Both the position numbers and the translations under genes were made by a program. From positions 1,787,394 to 1,851,393 of the forward strand of contig ML992504.1 of NCBI GenBank assembly GCA_010093995.1: a stretch of 64,000 bases of DNA, in the 5' to 3' direction. Positions 1 through 11,847 of this stretch are shown one piece after another. The stretch is from Elsinoe ampelina. Taxonomy: Eukaryota. The notes beneath the pieces were generated by a model that saw nothing but the letters and a program-made list of their open reading frames with translations, searched no databases and was not told the origin of the DNA. How positions within the stretch are numbered: position 1 is the stretch's first letter; the number at the start of each line of letters is the position of its first letter.

Positions 1-3000
1 AGCTACTCATGGTCGCAATGCCGAGCAACTCGTCCTGAAAGATCCATGGAAAGCTCAACATGGGCGGCTGCAGCGGCTCCGCGTCGACATCACTCTCCAG
101 ATCGACCATGGTGTCAGTCTTGCTCGCCTCTTCTTCGTTGTAAGCTGATACTGCATGCGCCGTGACTTTGTACATGGCTGCGATGTACGGCCCAAGCTTG
201 GTCAGATCTCGGTCGTTGGATTTCATCTCAAGATCGGCGAAGACGGCGTCACGGTAGTGATGGCGGTGGGCTGACATGAGGCGGCCGATTTCTTCTGCGA
301 ACTTGTATGTCTTGATGTCCCGGTTGTGCACCATGACAAAGGCTGACCAGATTTCAAACTCGGTCAAAATGCCAAATTGAGCCATAATTCTGCGCATGTC
401 GACGTCGTACTCGGTCTTCAAGGCGTGCGCCTTGTCAAGGAGCTCAGGGGAAATGTCGAAAGCATTCATGATGCGTTCGTCGAAGCTGTATCCATAGCGA
501 GGCTTGAACTCGACACGATCAACCTCATCGTAAAGCTGGCCCAGAACTTTACGAGAATGATATGTCTGATGAGGTAGCTTCTCAAGCCAATGTGGGTACT
601 TTACAACGCGGAGCTCCTCATCCATACGTGCCGGAACACCAGTCTTTGGGTAATCTACTGCTTGTGAATGGAGCTGTGCCAATTCAATGCCTAGCTTCTG
701 GTCAGTCCTGAACAATGGTCGAGTGATTGCATGCACTTACACTTGTCATGCCTGACACCTGCATCCATCTTGTCAGCCCATGCTCGATGGGCCACCGCAA
801 TGCTGCCCAGAGAGTCGTTCTTCATGTAGTCGCAAAAGAATGGGATGATGTCGGACTGAGTCACTGGACCCTTCGAAAGGATGGGAGGTGGCGCACTGTA
901 GTCCATCGGTTCGATATTCTGTTCTGGTGGTATGAGATCGGGGTCCCACATGATCAGAAAGTCGTCACCGTCCAGATCTCCACCAGCACACATGTTGGCC
1001 AAGTCACGCTCTCCGAGCTGCGGAAGCACGACCACGTCTTTGAGATGACGCAGGCCGGTACAGTCCACGGCTTGCACGACTCGGATATCACCAGGGTGAA
1101 GGGCGGGGTTGCGGACGATGATGCAAGTGCCCTCCACGATCTTGTACTTGCCACCGTTCTTGGTGTCTGGCACTTGCAGGAAGATTTGCGGTAGTTGGCC
1201 CTCGTCCATGCGAAGTGTCGCAGTCTCATCCACGCATCCAAGCAAAAAGGCACCGTCAGGTATGAACATATTGGCTTTCTCCTTCAAGGACTTCTTCATC
1301 CAAGCTCTCCATAGGTTTAACATGGAATCGACGAATGGATCATGCCTCATGCCTGCCTGAATCATCTTGGCAATGGCCAGAGTGACCTGGTTGAAGTCGA
1401 CATTAGCCTGAAGCATGCTGATTGCCATGTTATCGTCCTCGAGTGCTTTATTGATTTCCTCGAGTTGAATCTTGATCTTCTTGACAAATACGGAGTCGGG
1501 GATGCCAAGCGTTGTGAGGACGAGGATGATCTGTCGGTTGAGATACGCCGAGGCGAAAGATGACCAACGAATGATCTCAAGCTGGTTATAGTCGGTCTCA
1601 AATTTCTTCTGGCTGGGTCGAATGTGCACAGCACGACCACTTAGATTTGGGTCGACGGCGAGGACACCTTTGCATCCGCCCATACGGAACTGGTACAAAG
1701 ATGGAGCTTCAGGTCCTAGGCGGAGCTCTTGTGATACCATGTGGGCTAGGAATTGAGACAGCTTTCCAACTCCATCGGTAAAAGTGAAGCCGTTGCGTTT
1801 GATATCGGGGATTTCTGTGATCTCTGGGGTAATGCCGATCGAGGTGACAGCTCGAGTGGTGGAAAAGCATTGACCGATGCGAGAAACATACTTTGGAATT
1901 TCACGTATGTGTTGGAAGTAACCCATCCACTGCCTGATCGTATTCACAGTGACACTCTCGGTGTTGGAGAAGAAGTAAGCGCCGTTCTCGCGAAATTGTG
2001 AGTTACCGGAAGCAAGAAAAGTATAATGCTGACCGGCAACTTTGATGCCATTGACGAGTGTGCGACGAACACGTTCGTAGATCTCGTCGTCTTTGCCATC
2101 CCGCTGTGATTGCATCTTGCCGAAATAGGCTTCATCTGCGAAGCGGACCCGCAGAAAGCGGTGGGAGAGATCGGAGAATTTGCGAATGACACGATTTGAC
2201 ACCTCAACCTGCACAGGCTGGACGTACATGGTGGTAGGAGTGATGGTGACGGAGTGCATCAAGACGCATGTGCGGGGGATTCGACGCTTGCGAGGTTGTC
2301 GGAGCTCTGGGAGCTCGAAAAGCTGCATCGGCCTATAGAGCTTCTTGTCGGCGAGCACCAGATTTTCGAGCAAAGTGATACCGTGATCACTTGCGAGTCG
2401 CTGCAGAAACGTTCCGGTGATGCTGCCTTCGAAGAGCAAACCCCTGGTAAAGCACACCTCAAGGGCATATCGAGTCTCAAAGTCGAGAATGGGAAACCCG
2501 AGCGACTGAGATTTGAGTGTCTGCAATGCAGTCTGCGGTTCTCGTGAGGAGCCAGGTTTGAGATGCTTGTCAAGATCGAAAGAGTGCCAGATTGCAGCGC
2601 CTCTGCTCGGGGGCTTGGTCGATACTTCGCCATACGTGATCTTGACATTGTAGGCGCTGAGCATGTCCAGCAAAGCTGGCAGGGCCCATTGATTGAATGG
2701 ATTATCCTGGAGGGTGAATGCCCAGGTCAACCATCTTCCGGGATCCACGAACGTATCATGGCCCAGACGGAAAGGTGTGATGACCGCTTTCTCGCGACGT
2801 CTATCCGTGTCGATGTCAGTGATTCGGCGGTATCGATGATTTCTTGACCATTGGCCCGCTTCAAAAGCAACATTAGGAATCTCGTCTGATGGTAGTATGG
2901 AGAAGACTTTTGGGGGATACTGGAAGGTCAGGAGCAAGATCCGTGATGATCCAGGACCATTGGCTTTGCGGACGGACTGTAGATTTGAAAACTTTGACCG

Positions 3001-3561
3001 TAATTCGACGCCTTGCCAAATGCCGTGGCGGAGCGCAGGGAAGTGGATTTTGAGCTCCGGGACATCTCGAATCTGGACTTTGATGGCGATGGGTTGACTT
3101 CTGGTAGGATCTACTGCGCGTAATGCCATGAGCTCGTCGTCATTCGTTAGAACCCCTACGCGAAGATGACTAGGCTGGAGATAGATTTGGGACGGAAATT
3201 TCCTATTGCGATCCAAGGGAGAGGATACTTCGCGGACCTGGTCGGGCAAAGACGATAGTAGCAGCCTGAAGGGAAGGCCCGACCTGTAATCAAAAAGAAC
3301 ATGATCATCCTGATACATGAATTGATGAAGTCTGGTAGGAGGTGGATGAAAGGCGACGATCGCTTGACTCTGGGTAGCTTCAGACCGTTCGATCCGGATG
3401 AACTCGACAATCCCAAAATTGCTGAAATGGCGATAGAGCGCTGCAGTATCGGTACCGGGTGGGCAATTGAAAACCCTCAGCTTGAATTGGGGAGTTGCGA
3501 AGCCAGCAGGCCAGCCACTTTGTGGATTTCGGCTGGGTCTGAACGCAGGATGATGCCTCAT
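1..3561 (-). CDS. RNA-dependent RNA polymerase of RNA silencing (SAD-1/Rdp1-like); 3' end runs off the window
   Basis: ORF 691..3636 has eukaryotic RdRP motifs (RFLRVRFADE, FTFTDGVG, QFRMGGCKG, RNPALHPGD, catalytic GGDLDGD). First ATG is at 3561. A 50-nt intron 740..691 (GTAAGT...CTGAC...TAG) joins to CIELAQLHSQAVDYPKTG, which continues toward position 1. Subfamily is inferred. Confidence 0.95.
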
Positions 3562-4283
3562 GTTGGCGTGTCGTGTGCGAGAAGTGGAAGAGGTAGGCGG
3601 GGGGATGAAAAAGCGATCTGATATAGATATTAGCATTGAGGAAGCATGTGAGAGAGTGTGATTTAAGCAGTACTTTGAAGGTGTGAACTACTAGAAGTGA
3701 GCAGTGGGGTTAGCTGCTGATGGCATGGGATGAAGCTGGTGGTGAATGGGACGTGGTCGTGACCAGCACAAACTTGATGCGGTCGCGTGCGAAGCCGTAC
3801 GAATGTAGGCACTAGAATGAATGTTGGCCTCAGGTACGAGGATGGCGAGGGTCACTGACGCGAACAGACCAGTCTGCTTGTCTGAGGAAATGTAGGCGGT
3901 GTCTGCGTATGTCGTGAATGATCGGACTCTTAGGTGATTGTAAAGATTGGTATAGTGTGGTGTCTGACAAGAGATTGATTGTCGATCGTGTAGAGGTCGT
4001 AGGTTGCACAGCGGCAGGTGCAAATGTTTGCTGTTGTTGGACTAAAGGTGTACAAAGGGCAGGAACGTAGAGGTCGATTGGCTATCGACGTTGTTTCAGC
4101 TTGATTGTGATCAGTCAAACAGGAGTGATGTCGCAACGAGGCGAGTGTTGTTGAGGTTTTGTTATTGGTTGTAGTCTATTGATCGGAAAGCTGCTTGATA
4201 TTCTGCCCAAGGAATGCTCAAACGAGCACTCGGAGTTTTCTTCTTGGATGAATCGGGAATGAAACCCAGTCTCATGTGGTCTG

Positions 4284-4325
4284 TGACTGATTGATTGATT
4301 GATTGATTGATCAGTCAATCAGTCA
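4284..4325. repeat. (TGAT)n microsatellite bracketed by an 11-bp inverted repeat
   Basis: TGACTGATTGA at 4284-4294 and TCAATCAGTCA at 4315-4325, with TGAT/GATT units between. Confidence 0.7.
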
Positions 4326-5082
4326 AGGTGATGATAAGTCTGTTACGGTGATGAATTTCTGATGAGAGTTTTTCTGCAATACGGTGTTGTGTATTCAGCT
4401 TCTCAAAGGGCAGGAACCACTGCTCCCGCGAATGTGTTTCTATGCCACTCGCTTAGTACTTGGTAGTACTAGAGTCGACTTCGTTCTGCTCCGCATCGAT
4501 GATCGATGATCGATAATCGGATTCGGTCGTTGATTGTAGTTGGGAATTGTGTCTGGTCTTCCGGCTGGTGGCGCTTGCTGGCGCCGTGCGCTCCTGTCGT
4601 TGTGGTCTCTCGCGGTAGTGTCTTGAATAGCTTTGACCTCTACAGGACCATGTCGGCCTGGCCGGTGTCATCGGCGGTCATATCTGCTCGTTTGGTCGTA
4701 CTTTTGATGGTGTTGCGAATCGTGGAAGAGGAGAAAAAGAAATTGCTTGTCGCAATTCGGAATGGAGATCTCAGCGTCGAGATGCGTCTTGCACGGATCT
4801 CATCCAGTAGATCTTCATCATCCATTTTGCTGGTGCAAGCCTTTACCCAATCCTGTGTTCCACGATCATCCCTTCATCGAACAAAGGAGGCTGCAGTATG
4901 GAATACTTTGCTCGTCTGGAGCAGCCCATACTGCAGCCCCAAAAGAGGAAGAAGGAGGGGCGAGAGCACAAGGCATTTCTATACGAGGGACCACATGACT
5001 CATCAAGCTTTTAGAGAAGGCAACAAGAATTCAGGTATGTAAGCTCATCAGAAGCTACAACTTTTGTCGAGCTCCGAGGCCT

Positions 5083-8000
5083 CTATTCATCAACAGTCGT
5101 CTCCCCTTCCACGGTCCTCGCTAAAGCTTCACCGGGTGTACTTGCAACAACATCACTGCCAGAGAAGGACCATCCCTCAAGAACCTGGAGGTCCGCCTCA
5201 GTCATCGGAGCTCGTGTAGTGTCCACATCCTTGAAGGTTACCTTTGTTGGGCTTGGATTCCGCGGAAATGAATTCGCCGTGGTCTCAGCCAGTGGTTGAC
5301 GGTCGATTGTCCTGCTGAAGCGGGCCGATCTAGAGGGCTTGCGGGCCCGCTGATCTGGAGCCGGTACTGTCCTTCTTTGGCTTGTAGCATCATCTTGTGA
5401 GCTCGATGTCAATGCTGCGGCGAGAGTTGGCACTTTGAAAGCCTTTCTTGGTTTGGTCCGCTTTGGCGTAGGCTCCTGCTGCGACGAGACGCTCGAGTCA
5501 AACGATAGATCCATCTCATCCGCTCCATCCAACTGAGTCCGTCCCGGCGTCTTGACTTGATGTGGTGCTGGAGTTCCAGCCGAGGACAGAGATCGTATTG
5601 GTAAGGTCGATGGCGGATTTCCCACAGGCATGGTACCCGCCAGGCCCATAGCCGACATCAATCTGTTACGCATCTCCTGTGCTTCAAGTATCTGGTCGTC
5701 CTTTCTTCCGCATTCCTCCTTCAGCCTCTCAATCTGCGAATGTTTCAGCATTACTTCAAGGGCAATTGTTAGCACACCTACCTTGCGCTGTTGGTCGTGC
5801 AGGCGAGCTTCCATGGCATGGACTGCGGATGAATTCGACTTTGCGGCTTCCTCGGCTTGTCCTTCGAGAGAGGTGATTGTATTCTGCATGGATACTCGCT
5901 GAGCTTGCCACTGGGATTGTAAGCTATTGCAAAACATGACGAAACGAATCGACGAACCTTGGCTTGTGCTTGATCAGCACTGGCATGGTACTCGGCGAGA
6001 AAGTCTTGCTTTTCTCGCTCAGTCGACTCTTTGAGCTCGAGCATCTCCGATCGCAGTCTCTCGGCAGCAATCCGGCTGCTTTTGAGCTCGTTCGATTCGC
6101 TGGTGAGACGATCTCGAAGCTCTCTCTCTTTGTCTTGCGCCGAGCTCATGTCGGTCCTGAGCGCTTTCAAGGCCTCCGTGGTTGACTCTACCTGCTCTGC
6201 AAGGGCGAATCTGGCCGCTTCGATTGACAGTATCTTATTCTCAAGCTCGACTCGGTGAGTCTTCTCACGCCTTAATTGCTCCATCTGTGCCTGTCCGTCA
6301 CGAGCCAGCTGCTTGCCACGACCTGTTAGCATCTCAATCTCTTCCAAATGTCTGGCCTTTTCAGAGGCATGACGGACATCCGACTCTTCACACTTCTGCT
6401 GAAGTCGAGCTACTTCTTCTCTAGCACTTTGTTGCGCTTTCTGCAGTCGTGCCTCTGCCTCATCAACACGGAGCAGAAGATTTGTCTTGTCCTTCGCTGC
6501 TTCGTTGAGGTCAGCGTGCAGTCCTTGTCGTTCCGCCTCCATATTTGAGACTTGTACGTCACGGTCGACCAGCTGCGACTCCACGTTACCGAATGCCTCC
6601 GTCAGCTCGTCATATTCGCATTGTAATTTGCTCAACTTGGTCTTCTCAGCTCGAAGAGGTGCTTCGAAATCATGACATCGCTGCTCAAGGTCGGCACATA
6701 TCGAAGCGACGGCTGCGAAGATCGTTTCGTGCTCCGTCGCTGACTTGACTTCAATCGCTTTTGACAGCGTTTCTCGCCAGCCCGTATGACTGCTAATCGG
6801 GACCGTGGATCTTCTCGAGAACAGAGCGGACGGAATGTGAGGACGCCTTCGGTTTGCAGTCGATTGTGGTACGAGGCTTACGCTGAGTAGATCTTTTATG
6901 CTACTTGTCGGAATTGTAAAACCAGCTTGAGCTGCCACCACTGCCGTTTGGATCAATATAGTCGAGAGTGACTGCAGCAATCCAATCGCTACACTGTTGT
7001 CAGGCCCACGCTTGACGACAGCATGAAGGGATGGGCTCAAAGGCCAGAGACCGTCGACCTGATCGGGTGAGAAGTCGGTCCTAGCTGTGATCATGGCAGA
7101 CAGGAGAATACTGCTTCGAGCGATGCTTCCGTGATCCATGAGCGAGGTCTGGCAGTTCTTGGCTGCGTTCTCGACGATGGCTGTGACGCTTCGAGAACTC
7201 AATCTGGACTTTATGACAGGTATTGACCTTGATAGTGCCATTTCAAGATCGTTGACGGGCATTTTGATCGACCCAATCCCATCAAGTAGCTCTTGGTAAG
7301 CGCTGATAGTGGCCGGGGGAAGCTGCGAGGTTGGAATGAGTAGGATGAGAAATGTCAACACCTGGACCGATCAGTCTTGAAAGTCATCACGAGGATCATC
7401 GTTCCATACCTGCAGTCTAAGAGAAGCCGGAAGGTCTCCTTGTCCGAGCTTTTCAATCAGCTTGCGTACGATACTGGCATTCTTTTCTGACCATTGCCAT
7501 CGCGCACTCTCTGGGACACCCTCAACCACGTTGATTGCGATTGCGACCTTCTTGTGATCTCCCTGAGCTGTACAAGACCAAATGACTTGGAGTACTACAA
7601 GCTGTAAGGTCTTGTATGCTTTTTGAGCGTCGAAAAAGGCTCGCATCGCTGATGATGTGGAGCTCGAGAGTAAGTTCTTCATTATCGACAGGCACATCAA
7701 GGCCAATGACTGCTGCTCCACATCGGAAGCATCTCTAAGGATCTTAAAGACATTTTCCTCTAGCCTCCGAAGAACATCGGATGAGAACGATCTTGTCAAT
7801 CCCTTGCAGCTTCCACTCAGGAGGACATCTAGCAGGCCTATTGATTGCGAATCAAGCTTGGAGGCTGCCTTTGCTGAGACTTTGACAAGCAGGGTCTGTA
7901 CACTTGCTGGTACCGGAGTCTCATCTGTAAGATCGTCTCGCAGTAATGCCACAGCCTCGGGAAGATACTGATCATGTCAGCACACGAATGAACCAGGAGT

Positions 8001-8426
8001 CTGATAGACTTACCCTGCCGTCGGTGTCGAAGTGCTCGATGGCTTTGTCGACTATTCCAGGTAGAAGAGCTGTCTGGGTCGATAGCAGCGCATCTCGAAT
8101 GCTTCGGACAGTTGCTGTCATGGTATCAGTCGAATACATGGTCAGTGGATGGTTGATAGTACCTAGACGAGAAATGATGTCCAGGCAGTAGGACCACAAT
8201 GGAAGGGCGGCTAGTACATCTTCAGCAAGGGGCTGTATTTGATGCGGTCGGCTGAGCGCCCATGTCTCGATATCGAGGTCATCAGCTCTGATAAGGATGT
8301 CGGCAAGTGTCTGCATGCAATGTCAGTAGCCAGAGGGGTGATAGACAAGGTCTGTCCCACCTGTAGCTGAGTCGGGTAGGGAGAGTCGACCACCCGATCG
8401 ATCTCTTGGAAAAGTTCTTGCTGCAT
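5083..8426 (-). CDS. Hypothetical protein (~1000 aa): helical N-terminus, long coiled coil, disordered C-terminus
   Basis: Seven exons join in frame through GT-AG introns 8360-8311, 8162-8115, 8013-7968, 7409-7362, 5957-5911 and 5781-5734 (46-50 nt, with branch sites). The E/K/L/Q-rich middle is heptad-like. Confidence 0.8.
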
Positions 8427-9090
8427 ATCGAGGGATGGCAGACTTGTCTAGCCTTGACGTCGAGCTTCTCTTGCGTGCATAAGCCGTGTCCAAGGTTGTC
8501 AAAACCACTTTACGCGCTGCTTTGATGTGCGCGTTTTCGTGTTGACACAGCACAAATCGGCCCAGCAACGAGAAATTTGCCCCGCTCCACGCCCGCCACG
8601 TCTATTTCTCATATTATCATCGTCACCCAAATCCAAGACACATGCTGTTATGCTCAAGTCCAAACACTACCGTCCTATTCTCGATGACTCGGCTAGCCGT
8701 ATTGAGCTTTGTGACTTTGCTGATGAAGCCGGCCACTCGAGGATCGCGAGACTGAACACGTGCCACTACGGTGATGGAGACATAACCATTCCCTGCGAAC
8801 ATGCAAGGACTCGACATCATATTGCAGCCTCGAAGGCCATCAGACATTCAATTAGACAGTCTGCTCCAATGCCAAAGCATGATGCTTACCGCGTGCCTTT
8901 CGCGGCTATCCCGCCATGGAGGAGGGTTCCTGGCCATTACGGTACTTGCAGCATGCTTCAGATTGCTTGCATCGGTAGGAGTCATTTCTATATTCTTCTC
9001 CATTGATTTCTTCCATTCATTTCTGCTTCTGCTAATCTTCCAACCAACGGCGAGTTGATCGAGGTAGAAGAAGCGACTTCTCAGCAGCTA

Positions 9091-10254
9091 ATGGCTTTTC
9101 AAAACCCGACCGACCCCCAGCACCACTCACTCCTGCTACAACTTCCTACCGAGCTTCTTGACACAATTATCGAGCTCGCTCTAATCACGCCGGATCCTAT
9201 CATCAATCCTGGGAAACGTCAGTCATCGAGGCGGCCATTCGCCTACTTTTCGACCACATCAGCAAACACGCGAACTGTGCCCCCCCTCGGTTCAGCACTT
9301 CTGTCAACATGTCAAATGCTCAACCTTTCGGTATCTCGAAGACTGCTCTTCAGCAATGAGTTAGTCTTCACCAGGCCATCTGCACTTTTGTCTTTCCTAA
9401 CCTGCACGCCGTCCAGGTATACAAGGTATATCGAGTCTCTGACTTTGAGCCTTAGCGAAACACCTCTGTTACCCGTGTCATCATCCGCCGGCTCCTACAG
9501 CACTCCGACTACTCTGTTGGCAAGAGAGTGGACACATTTGCTTTCTTGCCCACCGCCAACAGCTCATGTACCAGGAGTCTGGTGTGCCCATCTGCCGACC
9601 CTGTCTACATGCGCACCTTGGTTGCAGCACCTCCGCATCGATCTTGAAGGATGCAGTCGCAACACCTCGGCCGAGATGGCCTTTCTTGGTATCAAGACCG
9701 GCTATGCCTCAGCTCTGGAGGGAATGATTGCAGGTCTTGGCAAAAAAGCAGGAACGGGTTCGAACACACCAGGGTTGGGCAGTGGTGGTCGGCTCAAGAG
9801 CTTGGAGATTACCGGCAAAGGTGCACATCTATGGGATCTTGGGGAGCTGCTCAGACCTACCATACTAGGCGAGTGGGAGACGATTGAGAGATGGATAGAC
9901 CTAATCGGCAGGAGAATCATCCCGCATCTTCTGGGTGCTGTCGGCGCTTCACAACCAGACAACGTGCTAAAGCGAATTGATTCTGCCACGGCCATGAACG
10001 AGGAAGGCAAGACGCCCACAGTTTGCAACAAGCAGAGATTATCTGCAGAGCTTGTTCCGGGCAGCGGCCGGGCTCCGTGGACTGGTATGATGTGGACCAA
10101 GAAGCGCTTCAGTCTGGTCGCATTGGACATTGTTCCAAATGAGCGAGGAGTAAAAGGGATGGGCTACAAGAACATGATGTCTTGGGAGGAGATCATGTTG
10201 ATGACGACGGTACGCGAGAGATTTGGACATCCTGTCTTCGCATTGTTCGTTTGA
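9091..10254 (+). CDS. Hypothetical protein with N-terminal F-box-like motif
   Basis: Long uninterrupted ORF, first ATG at 9091; SLLLQLPTELLDTIIELAL resembles fungal F-box-like motifs. Confidence 0.6.
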   Translation: MAFQNPTDPQHHSLLLQLPTELLDTIIELALITPDPIINPGKRQSSRRPFAYFSTTSANTRTVPPLGSALLSTCQMLNLSVSRRLLFSNELVFTRPSALLSFLTCTPSRYTRYIESLTLSLSETPLLPVSSSAGSYSTPTTLLAREWTHLLSCPPPTAHVPGVWCAHLPTLSTCAPWLQHLRIDLEGCSRNTSAEMAFLGIKTGYASALEGMIAGLGKKAGTGSNTPGLGSGGRLKSLEITGKGAHLWDLGELLRPTILGEWETIERWIDLIGRRIIPHLLGAVGASQPDNVLKRIDSATAMNEEGKTPTVCNKQRLSAELVPGSGRAPWTGMMWTKKRFSLVALDIVPNERGVKGMGYKNMMSWEEIMLMTTVRERFGHPVFALFV

Positions 10255-10389
10255 AGACAATCATCCGTAAAGTCCGGTCAGTACCTGGTCTTGGAAGGCA
10301 CTTGGTGGTGTTTGTGTGACGTGTGGCGTCAGCTCCGCGGCACGAAGCCACCTTCAGCTTCAGGCACCAAATCAAAATCCCAACCTTCC

Positions 10390-10614
10390 TCCTCTATTTT
10401 ATTCGGAGGGACTGCGCCGAGGGAGGTGAGGGAGGAGGAGGGGCAGGGGAGGAAGGGGTTGGGAACGGTGAAGAATGGGGCGTATTATAAGCCCGTCGGG
10501 GTGAAGGATGGGAAGAAGAGGTGGTATGGGACTGATGATGCGTTGGCGGGGAGGTTGTGGGAGTGGACGGAGAAGGAGCTGGAGGGGTGGGTGGGTGAGA
10601 GAGAGAAGCAGTAG
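10390..10614 (+). pseudogene. Orphan C-terminal fragment of a retinol-dehydrogenase/WWOX-type short-chain dehydrogenase
   Basis: Translates SILFGGTAP...NGAYYKPVG...DDALAGRLWEWTEKELEGW*, the typical tail of this SDR subfamily. No Rossmann-fold N-terminus fits upstream because the previous gene ends at 10254. Confidence 0.6.
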
Positions 10615-10727
10615 TTACCATACTCTTGATCTTCGTAGACGCTGATAGATTGATGCTTGCTTTCGTCCCTCCCATCTCCTCCCAAAAACCCTCACGATCA
10701 GCACGTGATCCCGGCCCCGGTCTCCGC

Positions 10728-11587
10728 CTACCACGGCAGCTGCAAGGGTGTCGGCAGCGTGTCCTTCGGCCCCGTAGTCTTGTCCGCCGTCCCAATATCC
10801 CTATCCTGGTCAGCACCTACCAGCCTTCCCTATTCACATCACTCACCTCGGTCCTCTCGGCGCCCAAAACGTCCCCGTCTTGCTAATATCAAACCCCTCG
10901 ACAAACTCCACCACCGACTTTGCCGCCACATCCGGCGTGACCGCTACCCTCGTCAGCAATCTCTCTAAGCTCTGTGATCAGATCAGACTCACCCCCACCA
11001 TCATCCCAATACTTATCAAACCCCACGCCCCTCGTCATCTCGGTCCTCATAAACGCCGGGTGCACCAACCCCACCGCCACCCCCTTCTCCTTGAGGTCCA
11101 AACTCAACAACTTGCCCACCATGTTCAACGCCGCCTTGCTCGCGTGATGCGCGTAGTTACCCCCGCCCTCGCTCTCGTGTCTGAGACCGATACTCCCCGC
11201 CTCGGAGGAGATGAGGATTACTTTCGCCCCGGGCTGCAGCAGGCCGGCGTTGGAGAGGTGGTGGACGATGAAGACGGGCGCGATGGACGAGGTGGTGTAC
11301 ATTGCTACTTCGTCGGTCCAGGAGGGGGAGGTGAAGGATTCGGAGATGAAGACGCCGGCGGAAATGATCACGGTGTCGAGCGGGGAGGGGAGGGAGGAGG
11401 CGAGGGTGCTGGTCGAGGATTCTTGGGTTAGGTCGATGTTCTTGATCCATTTGATGCTTTCGGGGGCGTCGTTCGGGGTGGTGGAGCGGGCGGTGCCGAA
11501 GACGGTGGTAGAGGGGTGAGCAACGTACTGTTTGGCGAGCTCAAGGCCGAGGCCACGAGTCGCGCCGACGATGAGGACGTTTGGCAT
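10728..11587 (-). CDS. Short-chain dehydrogenase/reductase (C-factor/CsgA-like)
   Basis: MPNVLIVGATRGLG Rossmann motif, ISSEAGS, NYAHHASKAALN. Introns 10992-10944 and 10846-10801. Ends LPTPLQLPW*. Confidence 0.9.
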
Positions 11588-11847
11588 TGCGATGGTGGTG
11601 ACGATTAATGTTGTGATGAGAGTCTCTGCAAGTATTAGATTAGAAAGGGCCCTTTCGCCATGCAAAAGTGGTGAAGTAATACAAAGGTCCCCGATGTCAG
11701 CACGTCAATTCCCCGTGACGCAATGCGGGGCGGTCGAGGGCGTGGAGGGGCAAACAGCGCATTCGCCGGTGTCCATTCAATGACAGACCACAATTTGCGA
11801 TCGACTGACAGGAAACTAGAAAGACTGCAATTCAAGGGGTATCATAC

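Noticed and set aside
4506..5042. 178-aa + strand ORF upstream of the RdRP
   Set aside because: No recognisable motif or coding-like composition; probably spurious.
8527..9058. Overlapping 159-aa and 85-aa ORFs between divergent genes
   Set aside because: No homology cues; likely promoter/UTR sequence.
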